From Chlorobi bacterium Chlorobi_1 (GTDB lineage Bacteria > Bacteroidota > Chlorobiia > Chlorobiales > Chlorobiaceae), in NCBI GenBank assembly GCA_900299075.1, contig OMIK01000065.1, positions 13,059-77,058 on the forward strand: 64,000 nucleotides of DNA, given 5' to 3'. The position numbers were made by a program, and so were the translations under genes. Positions 9,120 through 18,675 of the stretch are shown here, piece by piece. Positions within the stretch are counted from its first letter, which is position 1, and every line of letters starts with the position of its first letter. A model generated the notes under the pieces. The model worked only from the letters and a program-made list of their open reading frames with translations. It was not told the DNA's origin and made no database searches.

Positions 9120-10672
9120 TGCACGCGGGCCTCGATCCGGATGGTGCGTCCAAGCACCTCCTCGAGCCAGGGCTTCAGGGATTCGGCTGCCCACAGTTCG
9201 ATGTCGGGCTCGTATTTCGTGGCCGCATCGAGCACGATCTCCTGCTCGCCGATGGTGCAGGAGATGCCTTGCACGTTCTGGCGGTGCCCCCGTTCGAGGC
9301 CGTTGGCGACCCGAAGGATGCCGGAGAGCACATCGACGGCACGCTGGTGCGACGGCTTGAGCTGGGCATAGAGGGGGTGCTTGGCCGAAGGCGGGTTCTT
9401 CCGGTGGTAGCGGGCGACGTTGCCGATGATCTCGACCTCTGCGGGGGCGAAGCCCCGGAGGTCCGCATTCATGATGATATACTGGCTGTGCTTGTGGTGG
9501 GCCGCAATCGAGATGAACTCGCCGATGTTGTGCAGCAGGGCTGCGTACTCGAGCAGTTCCCGGTAGTGCGGCTTGAGGCCGTGCAGCGGCTGGAGCTGAT
9601 CGAAGAGCATCACCGACAGCCTGGCCACCTGCAGCGAATGGGGGCGGTGCCAGTTGCAGCGGTACCCCAGCTCCACCACGCTCTGGCGGCGGATGTCGAG
9701 CCGGCCGTCGCCCTCGCCCCTGCCACGGAGGCCCGAGACGTAGTGCACCACCATCCCCTCGCGGAGTGCCGATTCCGAGACTACGACCTCCTGCAGCCCG
9801 AACACCCTGAAGATGGTATCGATCAGGATGATGCCGGGGACGATCAGGTCGACCCGCTTCTCGTCGAGGCCGGTCAGCTTGCGCCTCGCAGACGAATCGA
9901 GATGGATCACCGAGCGGTAGAAACGCTCGAACTCCTCCCGCGTGAAGCCGCTCTGGTTGAGCCCACCGGACTGGTCGGCGTCGCTGCCGGACCTGATCAT
10001 GCGTGCGATGTTCAGCGCCGTGCCCGAAGAGGCTATCCCCCTCGACACGCCGAGTCGCTTCGACTTTTCGGCCGAAGAGTAGAGCTCCGCTGCGCAGAAC
10101 TGCTCCAGCAGCTTCAGCTCCTGGGGAGAGATGGGATCGGTGGTGACAAAACGCTCCAGCATCCTGGCGACCCCGATCTTCCGGCTCTCGAGCAGGTGGA
10201 CCTCGTCGCAGCAGGCGATGATGAACTCGACCGAACCGCCGCCGATGTCGAACAGCAGGTCGGGGGTCTCGCCGAGCCGGCCCGCGTTGCGCACCCCGTA
10301 GTAGATGAACTGCGCCTCCTCCTTGCCGGAGATGACCTTCACCCTGAGGCCGGTCTCCTTCCTGACCATCTCGATGAAGAGGTCGCGGTTCAGGGCTTCC
10401 CGGATGGCGCTGGTCGCGAAAGCGATCACATTCTGCGGTTCGACGCCTCGCTGGGTCGCGAGCACGAGGAACTTCTTCAGCGTGGCGACACCCTCCCGCA
10501 TGGCCCGATCGTCGAGCATCTTCGTGGAGATGCTCCCCCGGCCGATGCAGATCATGTCCTTGACCCGGTCGATCTCGACGATCCCCTTGCCGGGGCTCTC
10601 CTCGACGACGACCATATGGAAGGAGTTGGTGCCGAGGTCGATGGCGGCCACCCTGATGCTCTCTGCTGGCAT
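9116..10672 (-). CDS. ppx: Ppx/GppA exopolyphosphatase with HD domain
   Basis: AAIDLGTNSFH, ATSAIREA, DIGGGSVE, LREG, LLHNIG; start set at MPAESIRV. Confidence 0.95.
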   Translation of the reverse strand: MPAESIRVAAIDLGTNSFHMVVVEESPGKGIVEIDRVKDMICIGRGSISTKMLDDRAMREGVATLKKFLVLATQRGVEPQNVIAFATSAIREALNRDLFIEMVRKETGLRVKVISGKEEAQFIYYGVRNAGRLGETPDLLFDIGGGSVEFIIACCDEVHLLESRKIGVARMLERFVTTDPISPQELKLLEQFCAAELYSSAEKSKRLGVSRGIASSGTALNIARMIRSGSDADQSGGLNQSGFTREEFERFYRSVIHLDSSARRKLTGLDEKRVDLIVPGIILIDTIFRVFGLQEVVVSESALREGMVVHYVSGLRGRGEGDGRLDIRRQSVVELGYRCNWHRPHSLQVARLSVMLFDQLQPLHGLKPHYRELLEYAALLHNIGEFISIAAHHKHSQYIIMNADLRGFAPAEVEIIGNVARYHRKNPPSAKHPLYAQLKPSHQRAVDVLSGILRVANGLERGHRQNVQGISCTIGEQEIVLDAATKYEPDIELWAAESLKPWLEEVLGRTIRIEARVQ

Positions 10673-10832
10673 ATGCGGAATCGTGACTGGTTGGGTTCGG
10701 CTCAAAATACGGTATTTCCCTGAAAATCGAACCGCCGCGAACTTTCGGCGAAGCTCTTTTTCGGTGTATATTCCGCAAGGCATTCCATCCGGCGAACTTC
10801 GGCGGACAACGATCCAGAACCAGCCCCACGCG

Positions 10833-11519
10833 ATGAGCGACCACTTCAGAACCGGCAAGATCGACCAAGCGCCGGATCGTCTCGACTTCCGGTACGAGTT
10901 CGCCCGAAAGGCGATCCACCTCTCTTCGCTGCTGATCCCGCTGATCTACTGCCGCATCAGCCGTGAGCTGGCGCTTGCCATCCTGACCCCCCTGACGGCG
11001 GGCTTCCTGTTCGTGGACATCCTGAAGAATTTCGTGCCGGCTATCTCGGATTGGTACCACGGCACCTTCGCCCCGATGCTGCGGCACCATGAGCTGCAGA
11101 AGGACCGGGTCCACCTGAACGGGGCGACCTGGATCACCCTTTCCGCCTTCATCCTGATCGCGCTCTTCCCGAAGATGATCGCCGTCTCCGCATTCGCCAT
11201 GGTTTCGGTCTCCGATACGGTAGCCGCGCTTGTCGGCAAGCGATTCGGCCGGCACCGGTACGGTGAAAAGAGCTACGAGGGAAGCCTGGCTTTCTTCGCG
11301 TCGGCCGTGGCCATCGCGGCGGTCGTGCCGCACCTGCTGCTGCCGGCCGGAATCGCCATGGCCGCGGCCGGAACGCTCGCCGAGGCGGTCGTCATCCGGA
11401 TCGGCGGATTCAAGATCGACGACAACATCACCGTCCCCTTAGCCGCGGCCATGGCCGGGCTGTGCTGCTACCTGTGGTTCTTCCCGGGCTCGATGGGCAA
11501 CCTCGCAACCTGCTTCTGA
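10833..11519 (+). CDS. SEC59/DGK1/VTE5-family CTP-dependent isoprenoid alcohol or lipid kinase
   Basis: RKAIH, DTVAALVGKRFG, KSYEGSLAFF, IDDNITVP; multiple transmembrane helices. Confidence 0.85.
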   Translation: MSDHFRTGKIDQAPDRLDFRYEFARKAIHLSSLLIPLIYCRISRELALAILTPLTAGFLFVDILKNFVPAISDWYHGTFAPMLRHHELQKDRVHLNGATWITLSAFILIALFPKMIAVSAFAMVSVSDTVAALVGKRFGRHRYGEKSYEGSLAFFASAVAIAAVVPHLLLPAGIAMAAAGTLAEAVVIRIGGFKIDDNITVPLAAAMAGLCCYLWFFPGSMGNLATCF

Positions 11520-11527
11520 CCCCGCCG

Positions 11528-12481
11528 ATGCACCTGCAGACCATCGTGACCGACTCCCCGATCGAGGCTGCGCAGCTCCTCAACCGCGGCGGCATCGTCG
11601 CCTTCCCGACCGAGACCGTCTACGGATTGGGCGCGGACGTGTTCCGCCCCGAATCGGTCGCCGGCATCTTCAGGGCGAAGGGGCGCCCGTCGGACAATCC
11701 GCTGATCGTGCACCTGCACAGCCCGGACCGGATCGGCGAGGTTGCTTGCGGGCTCAATGCGCATGCCGATGCCCTGATCGCGCGATTCTTCCCCGGCCCG
11801 CTGACCGTGGTGCTGAAGAAAAGGAGTTCGGTGCCGGGGATCGTCTCGGCAGGGCTGCCGACGATAGGGGTCCGCTGCCCCTCCCACCCGGTGGCCGCGG
11901 AGTTCCTGAAGCACTGCCACCATCCCGTCGCCGCGCCTTCGGCAAACCTCTCGGGCCGGCCGAGCCCGACCGACTGGAGGACGGTGTTCCACGACCTGGG
12001 AGGCAGGATCGACGGCCTGCTTCGCGGCGAGCCGAGCACGATCGGCCTCGAATCGACCATCGTCGACTGCACGGTCGATCCCCCCCTGCTGCTGAGAAGC
12101 GGCGCCATAGGAGTCGAGGCGCTCCGGGAGTTGGTTCCCGGCCTGCAGGTAGCCACCTCCTGCAAACCCGGTGAAGCGCCGAAAAGCCCGGGCATGAAGT
12201 ACCGGCACTACTCGCCCGAAGCCTCCATCGTGCTGCTCGACAAACCGCCGGAATCGATGCCGCCCTCACCGGCCTCGGCATGGATCGGCCTCTCCGCCCC
12301 CCCTGCTGGTTTCGCCCGCACCATGAGCTGCCGCTCGTCGGAGGAGTACGCCAGGGTGCTCTTCGGCTTCTTCCGTGCCTGCGACGCCGAGGGGATCGAC
12401 ACCATCTACTGCGAACTGCCGCCCGAAGAGGGGATCGGACGTGCCATCAGGGACCGCCTCAGGAAAGCAGCCGGGAATTAA
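11528..12481 (+). CDS. tsaC: L-threonylcarbamoyladenylate synthase (Sua5 type)
   Basis: VAFPTETVYGLGAD, KGRPSDNPLIVH, APSANLSGRPSPT, SPGMKYRHYSP. Confidence 0.96.
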   Translation: MHLQTIVTDSPIEAAQLLNRGGIVAFPTETVYGLGADVFRPESVAGIFRAKGRPSDNPLIVHLHSPDRIGEVACGLNAHADALIARFFPGPLTVVLKKRSSVPGIVSAGLPTIGVRCPSHPVAAEFLKHCHHPVAAPSANLSGRPSPTDWRTVFHDLGGRIDGLLRGEPSTIGLESTIVDCTVDPPLLLRSGAIGVEALRELVPGLQVATSCKPGEAPKSPGMKYRHYSPEASIVLLDKPPESMPPSPASAWIGLSAPPAGFARTMSCRSSEEYARVLFGFFRACDAEGIDTIYCELPPEEGIGRAIRDRLRKAAGN

Positions 12482-14475
12482 AATTTCCAGATCGCACCCA
12501 GGTTGAAGGCCGCCGGTGACGAAGTCGCCCGCAGGTCGTTGCCGCTGGAGTAGGAGGTGCGGTCGGCATACCAGGTGACCTCGTACCTGGCGGCAAGCCT
12601 GAAGCTCGCGGCCGCGTCCCAGTTCACCATCAGGAACATCGCCTGCCCCCTGCCCGAGAAGGTCCCGAGGCTGTAGACCAGCGGAAGGTCATCCTCGTAG
12701 GCATAGACCGCCGCTTCGTAACTGTCGGTAACGAAGCGGGTGTATCGGGAGGTGAGGCCGAACCGGCCGAAGGCCGATTTGAGTTGTCCGTAGCACAACC
12801 AGCCGCGGTCGACCGACCGCCCCGACGCGAAGAGGCTTTCGACGCTTTTGTACTCCCCCCTTGTCTTGACGGTGAAGCGCTGGGAGAGGCGCTTCTCGAG
12901 ATTCATCTGCACCCGGTTCGTGGTCATCGGGACCGGCATGACATACTGGATCCAGCCGCCGGCCTCGGTCTGTGTTTTCGTGTCGGACCTCTGCCTGTGC
13001 TGGTAGAGGCCGCTCCAGGTCGTCTCGGCATCCTGCCGCCAGGTGACGTTGATGCGCGCATCGTGCCCGGACGAAGGCAGCGGATAGCTCTCCGAAAGCT
13101 CCGGGAACCTGAAGAGGTCGTATGAGGCCCCGAGGTCGAGGTTGCGCAGGATCTTTGCATTGAGGCCGAGGTAGATCCCATCCTCGTTCGCCCCGTCGTT
13201 TCCGCGCTCGGCGAAGGATCCGGCGAAGGGTGAGAAGTAGCCGGTGGCGTAATGACGCAGCGAGGCAACTCCGGTAACGCCGGCAGAGAGGCTCCCCTGG
13301 AGGCCGGCGATCCAGGAACAGGCCTCCGGCTGCCGGGAAAAAGCGGCCTCGCCGAAGGCCTGCACCTCACCGTAGACGGCGCTGGCCTCCAGCGAACCCA
13401 GGCGCCGCTCCCGGCCGCCGCCCAGCCATTCGACCGGAAGCGTGTAACGGTAGGAGGCGATGGTGCCCCCCACAGCGCCGCTCAGCCCCCCGGAACGATA
13501 CCGGTACTTGAGGTTCGCGCCCTGCGTTTCGAGGGAGAGCGCATCCTTCCGCGCCAGTTCCGTCGAGGTCCGGTGGTAGCCATCGACCTGCACGCTCGTG
13601 GCGACGCCGTCGGTAACCGTCGCGTCCAGCCTGATGCCCGATGCGAAGGCCGTGATTTCGAGGGGTCCCGGAGCGATGCTCACGGCCGCGCCCTGCATGA
13701 AGTTGTCCTCGGAAGCCGAGGCGTAGGGGCGTACCGAGGAGTCGAAGCTCACCACCCCGTCGACCGGGTCGGTCCCCTTGGTGAAATAGCGCCCCTGGCC
13801 GATCAGCAACCCCTGGCCGAAGCTGAGCCGGTAGCTTCCGGCGACGGCCCGGCTGACGATGCCGATACGCTCCGCATGGATGCTGAACGACAGGAAGTCC
13901 CCCGCATCCGGTTCGCCGATATCCTGCTGCTGGACGCCGGCAAAGCCCCAGTTGGTTGCCGATGCTTCGACACGGCTGGAGAGGCCGAGGTTGCCGCCCT
14001 GGTATTTTCCGTTGAGGATGCCTTTCCGGGGCGGCACCTCCCACCATCCCCTTCCGTAGACACTGCCCTTGACCTCGCCGCCTGAGCCGGGCAGCCCCGA
14101 CGCCTTCGGCAGGCCGAACGAGAGGTAGGGCGCCGCCACGCGGGCCCGCTCGACCCCCACGGCGGCTTCGAGATCAGCAGCTGAACCGATCATGCCGTTC
14201 CTGCCGCGCCAATCGACCAGTCGGGAGGCATCGAGCGCCGTGAACAGCGGGATCCGCAGCAGCTCCTGTTCGGTTGCCGTGTTGACGTCGACCGGCCGGT
14301 TGCGGAGCTCCTGGAGCAGTTCGACGAGGGCGGCGCCGCTCCCCTCCTGCTCGCTCCGGTCGAGCAGCTCTTCGATGGGGTCGAGGGCATGGGAGGTATC
14401 CGGTAACGACATGCAGGCGCAGAATGCCACGGCAGCCAGCAGGCGCCGGCTCCGATGAAGGGTATGGTGGGTCAT
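12478..14475 (-). CDS. Exported helix-hairpin-helix domain protein with a probable C-terminal outer-membrane beta-barrel
   Basis: Signal peptide; VDVNTATEQELLRIP HhH/ComEA-like motif; Gly/aromatic-rich beta-strand-like remainder ending in WKF. Confidence 0.75.
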   Translation of the reverse strand: MTHHTLHRSRRLLAAVAFCACMSLPDTSHALDPIEELLDRSEQEGSGAALVELLQELRNRPVDVNTATEQELLRIPLFTALDASRLVDWRGRNGMIGSAADLEAAVGVERARVAAPYLSFGLPKASGLPGSGGEVKGSVYGRGWWEVPPRKGILNGKYQGGNLGLSSRVEASATNWGFAGVQQQDIGEPDAGDFLSFSIHAERIGIVSRAVAGSYRLSFGQGLLIGQGRYFTKGTDPVDGVVSFDSSVRPYASASEDNFMQGAAVSIAPGPLEITAFASGIRLDATVTDGVATSVQVDGYHRTSTELARKDALSLETQGANLKYRYRSGGLSGAVGGTIASYRYTLPVEWLGGGRERRLGSLEASAVYGEVQAFGEAAFSRQPEACSWIAGLQGSLSAGVTGVASLRHYATGYFSPFAGSFAERGNDGANEDGIYLGLNAKILRNLDLGASYDLFRFPELSESYPLPSSGHDARINVTWRQDAETTWSGLYQHRQRSDTKTQTEAGGWIQYVMPVPMTTNRVQMNLEKRLSQRFTVKTRGEYKSVESLFASGRSVDRGWLCYGQLKSAFGRFGLTSRYTRFVTDSYEAAVYAYEDDLPLVYSLGTFSGRGQAMFLMVNWDAAASFRLAARYEVTWYADRTSYSSGNDLRATSSPAAFNLGAIWKF

Positions 14476-14614
14476 CGTGGGGGGCGATGAGTTGCCGCAT
14501 GTCATTGTCGACGAGCAAGGCCTGCCTCCGGACATGCGTTACGGAGGACCGGCACGGCTCAGCACAGGTTCATTTCAACGGCACATCGGAAAACAGTTCG
14601 AATCTCTGGTAACC

Positions 14615-14676
14615 TCTTTATCGCTATCGGTATCGGAGACGTCGATTGTCGATTTCGGTACCGATAGCGATAAAGA
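14615..14676. repeat. Palindrome of hexamer units (tatcgc/tatcgg) with 21-bp arms
   Basis: tctttatcgctatcggtatcg (14615-14635) pairs with cggtaccgatagcgataaaga (14656-14676) at 20/21 positions. Confidence 0.85.
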
Positions 14677-14685
14677 TAAGGGTCC

Positions 14686-15438
14686 TCAGGGCTTTTCGGT
14701 TTCGGGGCAGAGGCGGTAGAGCTGGTCGACCTCCTTGCGGTTGAGGTAGCGCCACTCGCCGCGGCGGAGGTCGCCCGGGAGCAGCCCGGCATAGGCGACC
14801 CGGTCGAGCCGCTTGACCTCGAAGCCGAGCGTACTGAACATGCGGCGCACCTGGTGGTTCTTGCCTTCATGGATGCTGATGAGCACGGTCATCCCCTCGT
14901 CGAGGATCTTCGCCCGGCAGGGGCTGACCTTCTCGCCGGTGTCCTTGAGGCGCATGCCCCCGGTGAGCTTCTGCAGCATCGCCGGCGGGAACTTCGTGTC
15001 GAGGTAGGCGAGGTACTCCTTGCGGACCTCCGACGAGGGGTGCATGAGGCGGTGGGCCAGCGTGCCGTCGTTGGTCAGGAGCAGGAGGCCGGTGCTCCTG
15101 CGGTCGAGGCGCCCGACCGGGAAAACCCGCTCCTTGACATCGATGAAATCGAGGATCTGCTGGCGGTCGCGTTCGTCGTGGCTGGTGGTGATGACGTTCT
15201 TCGGCTTGTTGAAGAGGATGTAGACCTTCTTCTCCTCCGGCTTGGCCATCATCCTGCCGTTGACGATCACCTCGTCCCTGCGGGGGTCGACCTTCAGGCC
15301 CGGTTCGTCGGCGACACGCCCGTTGACCATCACCTTGCCCTCGAGCACCATCTGGTCCGCCGCCCGCCGTGAGGCGACGCCGCACATGGCAAGGTATTTG
15401 TTGATCCTTACCTTCTCTTCCTGAACCTGCTTCTTCAT
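14686..15438 (-). CDS. rluB: rRNA pseudouridine synthase, RluB/RsuA family
   Basis: N-terminal S4 domain RINKYLAMCGVASRRAAD; catalytic VGRLDRRSTGLLLLTNDG; EGKNHQVRRM. Confidence 0.93.
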   Translation of the reverse strand: MKKQVQEEKVRINKYLAMCGVASRRAADQMVLEGKVMVNGRVADEPGLKVDPRRDEVIVNGRMMAKPEEKKVYILFNKPKNVITTSHDERDRQQILDFIDVKERVFPVGRLDRRSTGLLLLTNDGTLAHRLMHPSSEVRKEYLAYLDTKFPPAMLQKLTGGMRLKDTGEKVSPCRAKILDEGMTVLISIHEGKNHQVRRMFSTLGFEVKRLDRVAYAGLLPGDLRRGEWRYLNRKEVDQLYRLCPETEKP

Positions 15439-16061
15439 TCCGTTTCCTGTAATTCGTCGGTTTGGCCGTTTTCGGGCGAATCGTCGCCGCCTGCGGCCGA
15501 AAGGTACTGCTGCTCCTCGTGCTCCTGGAGGATCTCCCTGATCTCGCGGAGCTTCGGCAGCTCCTTCAGCGACGGAAGGTGGAACAGGTCGAGGAACTCC
15601 CTGGTCGTCCCGTACTGCAGCGGCCTGCCCGGGGAGTCCGCCCTGCCGCGAACCTCGATGAGGCTGCGCTCGAGCAGGCGGTCGATCGCGTAGTCCGGAC
15701 TGACGCCCCTGATCTGCTGGATCTCGCCCCTGGTCACCGGCTGGTGCCAGGCGACCACCGCCAGTACCTCGAGCATCGAGCGGGAAAGGCGCCTCTGGAT
15801 GACCGGCGCCAGCAGCTTGCGGATGAGGTCGCCGTGCTCCGGTTCGCTCAGGAAGCGGAAGCCGCCGGCGATGCAGTGTATCCTGAAGGTGCGGCCGGTG
15901 GCCTCGTAGTCGCGGTTGAGCGTGGCCACGAGCTCCTCGAGGTCGGCGTACTTGAGGTCGAATCCGGTGACCTGGCAGATGGCCTGGAAGGTGAGGGCCT
16001 CCTCGGAAGCGAAGATCAGGGCCTCGATGGATTGGAGCATGTGTCGATCCAGGTCCTGCAC
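15435..16061 (-). CDS. scpB: SMC-Scp complex subunit ScpB
   Basis: IEALIFAS, LEVLAVVAWHQPVTRGEI, IRGV, GRPLQYGTTREFLDLF. Confidence 0.95.
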   Translation of the reverse strand: MQDLDRHMLQSIEALIFASEEALTFQAICQVTGFDLKYADLEELVATLNRDYEATGRTFRIHCIAGGFRFLSEPEHGDLIRKLLAPVIQRRLSRSMLEVLAVVAWHQPVTRGEIQQIRGVSPDYAIDRLLERSLIEVRGRADSPGRPLQYGTTREFLDLFHLPSLKELPKLREIREILQEHEEQQYLSAAGGDDSPENGQTDELQETE

Positions 16062-16118
16062 GACGAGGGGGTTCTGGTTATCGTTGATGTGATCCGGGAG
16101 AGCCCTCTGGGCGGATGT

Positions 16119-16901
16119 TCAGGAGCAGCACCCCTTCTTGCGCGCGGTCGAAAACTCGCCGTCGATGCCGAGCCCCTGTTCGTAGGCGTACCAGAGCTCC
16201 TGGCAGGGGAAGTTGCACTCGTAGAACGCCTTGCCGATGATGACCGAATCGACGCCGTACTTCTCGAGCATCCTGAGCTTGTGGAGGTCTTCGGAGCTGG
16301 CGACGCCGCCGGACGCGGTAACCTTCATGCCGGCCTTCTCGGCGAAGGTCCTGGTCGTCTCGTAGCCGATGCCCTGGAGCATGCCGTCGCGGGTGATGTC
16401 GGTGTAGATGATGCGTTCGACCCCCATCTTCTTCATCTCGAGGGCGAGCTCGTAGTCCTTCATGCCGCTGCTTTCGGTCCACCCCTTGATCTTGGGCACG
16501 CCGTTCTCGGCATCGATGCCGACCACGATCTGCGAGGGACGGTACTTTTTCAGCAGCTCGGCAATGAGCCCGGGGTTGGTGACGGCCGCAGAGCCGATGA
16601 CGACACGTCCGACGCCGATGCCGAGGTACTTCTCGACCGCTTCGACGGAGCGGATGCCGCCGCCGACCTGGATCGGGATATCGAGCATGCCGACGATCTC
16701 GCGGATCTTCTCGAAGTTGACCATCTCTCCGGTCAGCGCGGCGTCGAGGTCGACGACGTGGAGCATCTTGGCGTTCTGCTTGCGCCAGATCACGGCCATG
16801 TCGCAAGGGTTGTCGAGGTAGATTTTCTTCTGTGCGAAGTCACCCCTGGTGAGCCTGACGCACTTGCCGTCCTTGATATCGATAGCCGGTATGATCAACA
16901 T
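16119..16901 (-). CDS. hisA: ProFAR isomerase
   Basis: IIPAIDIKDGKCVRL, LHVVDLD, QVGGGIRS, IYTDITRDG, ASGGV. Confidence 0.97.
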   Translation of the reverse strand: MLIIPAIDIKDGKCVRLTRGDFAQKKIYLDNPCDMAVIWRKQNAKMLHVVDLDAALTGEMVNFEKIREIVGMLDIPIQVGGGIRSVEAVEKYLGIGVGRVVIGSAAVTNPGLIAELLKKYRPSQIVVGIDAENGVPKIKGWTESSGMKDYELALEMKKMGVERIIYTDITRDGMLQGIGYETTRTFAEKAGMKVTASGGVASSEDLHKLRMLEKYGVDSVIIGKAFYECNFPCQELWYAYEQGLGIDGEFSTARKKGCCS

Positions 16902-16922
16902 GTCCGTAAACGTGGATACTGC

Positions 16923-17531
16923 TTAACACTCCGCAAAATTCCTGAGTACCTGCAAGCCCGCTTCCGAGCTCTTTTCAGGGTGGAACTGTACAGCGAAAAT
17001 ACCATTTTTTTCAATGGCCGAACAAAAATTTTTTCCCGCGAAGAAGGTCGTCGCAGCTATGCTTTCGGGGTCTTCGGGGCTGCAGTAGTAGGAGTGGACG
17101 AAGTAGAACCAGGAGTGGTCGGGCATGCCGCGGAAGAGCACCGAGTCCGGCTTGCGGAGGTCGGCAGAGTTCCAGCCGATCTGGGGGATCTTGTCGGTCG
17201 TGCTGGTGAAGTGGAGGACCCTGCCGGGAACAAGGCCGAGGCCGGTATGGGCACCCATCTCCTCGCTGCCGTCCAGGAGGAGCTGCATGCCGAGGCAGAT
17301 GCCGAGCACCTGCCGCCCCTTGTCGATGTGCTCCATGATGGCCTCGGTGAACCCGAGCCTGCCGAACGCCTCCATCGCGGGGCCGAATGCCCCCACGCCA
17401 GGGATGAGCACCTTCTCGTGGGCCGACATCTCCGACGCCCGGTCGCTGACGACCGCCCTGATGCCGAGGTAGTCGAAAGCCTTCTGGACCGATCGAAGGT
17501 TGCCTGCCCCGTAGTCGGCGATAAATACCAT
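16923..17531 (-). CDS. hisH: Imidazole glycerol phosphate synthase glutaminase subunit
   Basis: DYGAGNLRSV, PGVGAF, GICLGMQ, YFVHSY, QFHPEKS. Confidence 0.97.
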   Translation of the reverse strand: MVFIADYGAGNLRSVQKAFDYLGIRAVVSDRASEMSAHEKVLIPGVGAFGPAMEAFGRLGFTEAIMEHIDKGRQVLGICLGMQLLLDGSEEMGAHTGLGLVPGRVLHFTSTTDKIPQIGWNSADLRKPDSVLFRGMPDHSWFYFVHSYYCSPEDPESIAATTFFAGKNFCSAIEKNGIFAVQFHPEKSSEAGLQVLRNFAEC

Positions 17532-17720
17532 GTAAACCCTATTGAATCATTCCTGAAATACCGCAAAATCGAAAAAATATCGATCCGGGGCGTCAAAAAT
17601 CGACGCTTCGTCTTTCAATTACGAAGTTCAAAGCGTATTATAACCAAATTACGGCTTTCGCTTCTTCCTTGCTCCCTGAAAGTCATCCCAATCCACATAC
17701 CACGAGAAATCGGAGAACCA

Positions 17721-18566
17721 ATGTACAGGATTGCGTCCGCTATTTTTTTAGCTGAAAATATCAAAAAATTCGAAATAGAGGCCCCGAGGATCGCAAAAAA
17801 GCGAAAAGCCGGCCAGTTCGTCATGCTGCGCCTCACCGAGACCGGTGAGCGTTTTCCCCTGACGATCGCCGACTCCGATCCGGAGAAGGGGACCATTACG
17901 ATCATCTCCCAGGGAGCCGGCAAGTCGACCAAAGCCCTGAACCGGCTCGAAGCCGGCGACGGCATCACCGACGTGGTCGGGCCGCTCGGCACCCCCTCCC
18001 ACATCGAGAACTTCGGCACCGCGGTGAGCATCGGCGGCGGCGTCGGCACGGCCATCGCCTACCCGACGGCAGCAGCGCTCAAACAGGCAGGCAACTATGT
18101 CATCACCATCAACGGCGCGAGGACGAAGGAGCTGGTCATCCTCGAGAAGGAGATGCATGCGGTCAGCGACGAGGCGTACATCACCACCGACGACGGCTCT
18201 TACGGCTTCAACGGCTTCGTGACCCAGAAGCTGCAGGAGCTCATCGATGCCGGCAGGAAGATCGATTTCGTGCTGGCCATCGGGCCGATCCCGATGATGA
18301 AGGCCGTAGCCGAGGTGACGCGCCCCTACGGCATCAGGACGGTCGTCAGCCTGAACCCGATCATGATCGACGGCACCGGCATGTGCGGCGGCTGCCGCGT
18401 GACGGTCGGCGACGAAATCAAATTCGCCTGTGTCGACGGCCCCGAGTTCGATGCGCACCTGGTCGACTTCAAGAACCTCGCCGACAGGAACCGGATCTAC
18501 CAGCAGGAGGAGAAAGAGTCCGACGAAGCCGAAACGCATCGCTGCAGGTTGGCCGCCAAGGGCTGA
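17721..18566 (+). CDS. sudB: NfnA/SudB-like FAD, NAD and 2Fe-2S subunit of an electron-bifurcating transhydrogenase or sulfide dehydrogenase
   Basis: GQFVML, ERFPLTIAD, VVGPLG, DGTGMCGGC...CVDGPEFD. Confidence 0.9.
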   Translation: MYRIASAIFLAENIKKFEIEAPRIAKKRKAGQFVMLRLTETGERFPLTIADSDPEKGTITIISQGAGKSTKALNRLEAGDGITDVVGPLGTPSHIENFGTAVSIGGGVGTAIAYPTAAALKQAGNYVITINGARTKELVILEKEMHAVSDEAYITTDDGSYGFNGFVTQKLQELIDAGRKIDFVLAIGPIPMMKAVAEVTRPYGIRTVVSLNPIMIDGTGMCGGCRVTVGDEIKFACVDGPEFDAHLVDFKNLADRNRIYQQEEKESDEAETHRCRLAAKG

Positions 18567-18598
18567 CATCCCGACACGCACACAGATTTCACCGGAAC

Positions 18599-18639
18599 AG
18601 CCTGCCCCCTCCCACCCTGGACGGAGGAGGGGGCAGGCT
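18599..18639. repeat. Perfect 14-bp stem-loop between sudB and sudA (REP-like or mRNA-stabilising)
   Basis: agcctgccccctcc (18599-18612) and ggagggggcaggct (18626-18639) are exact reverse complements. Confidence 0.75.
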
Positions 18640-18675
18640 TTGCCAAACACTCTTACAGACATAATCGCCACGACC

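Noticed and set aside
7296-11333. 1345-aa minus-strand ORF in the track
   Set aside because: Only the last 607 aa (from 9119) are the real PabB/C; the upstream part is an off-frame shadow over ppx and the antisense of the kinase gene.
15462-18566. 1034-aa plus-strand ORF
   Set aside because: The N-terminal portion is antisense to scpB, hisA and hisH; the real gene (sudB) starts at 17721.
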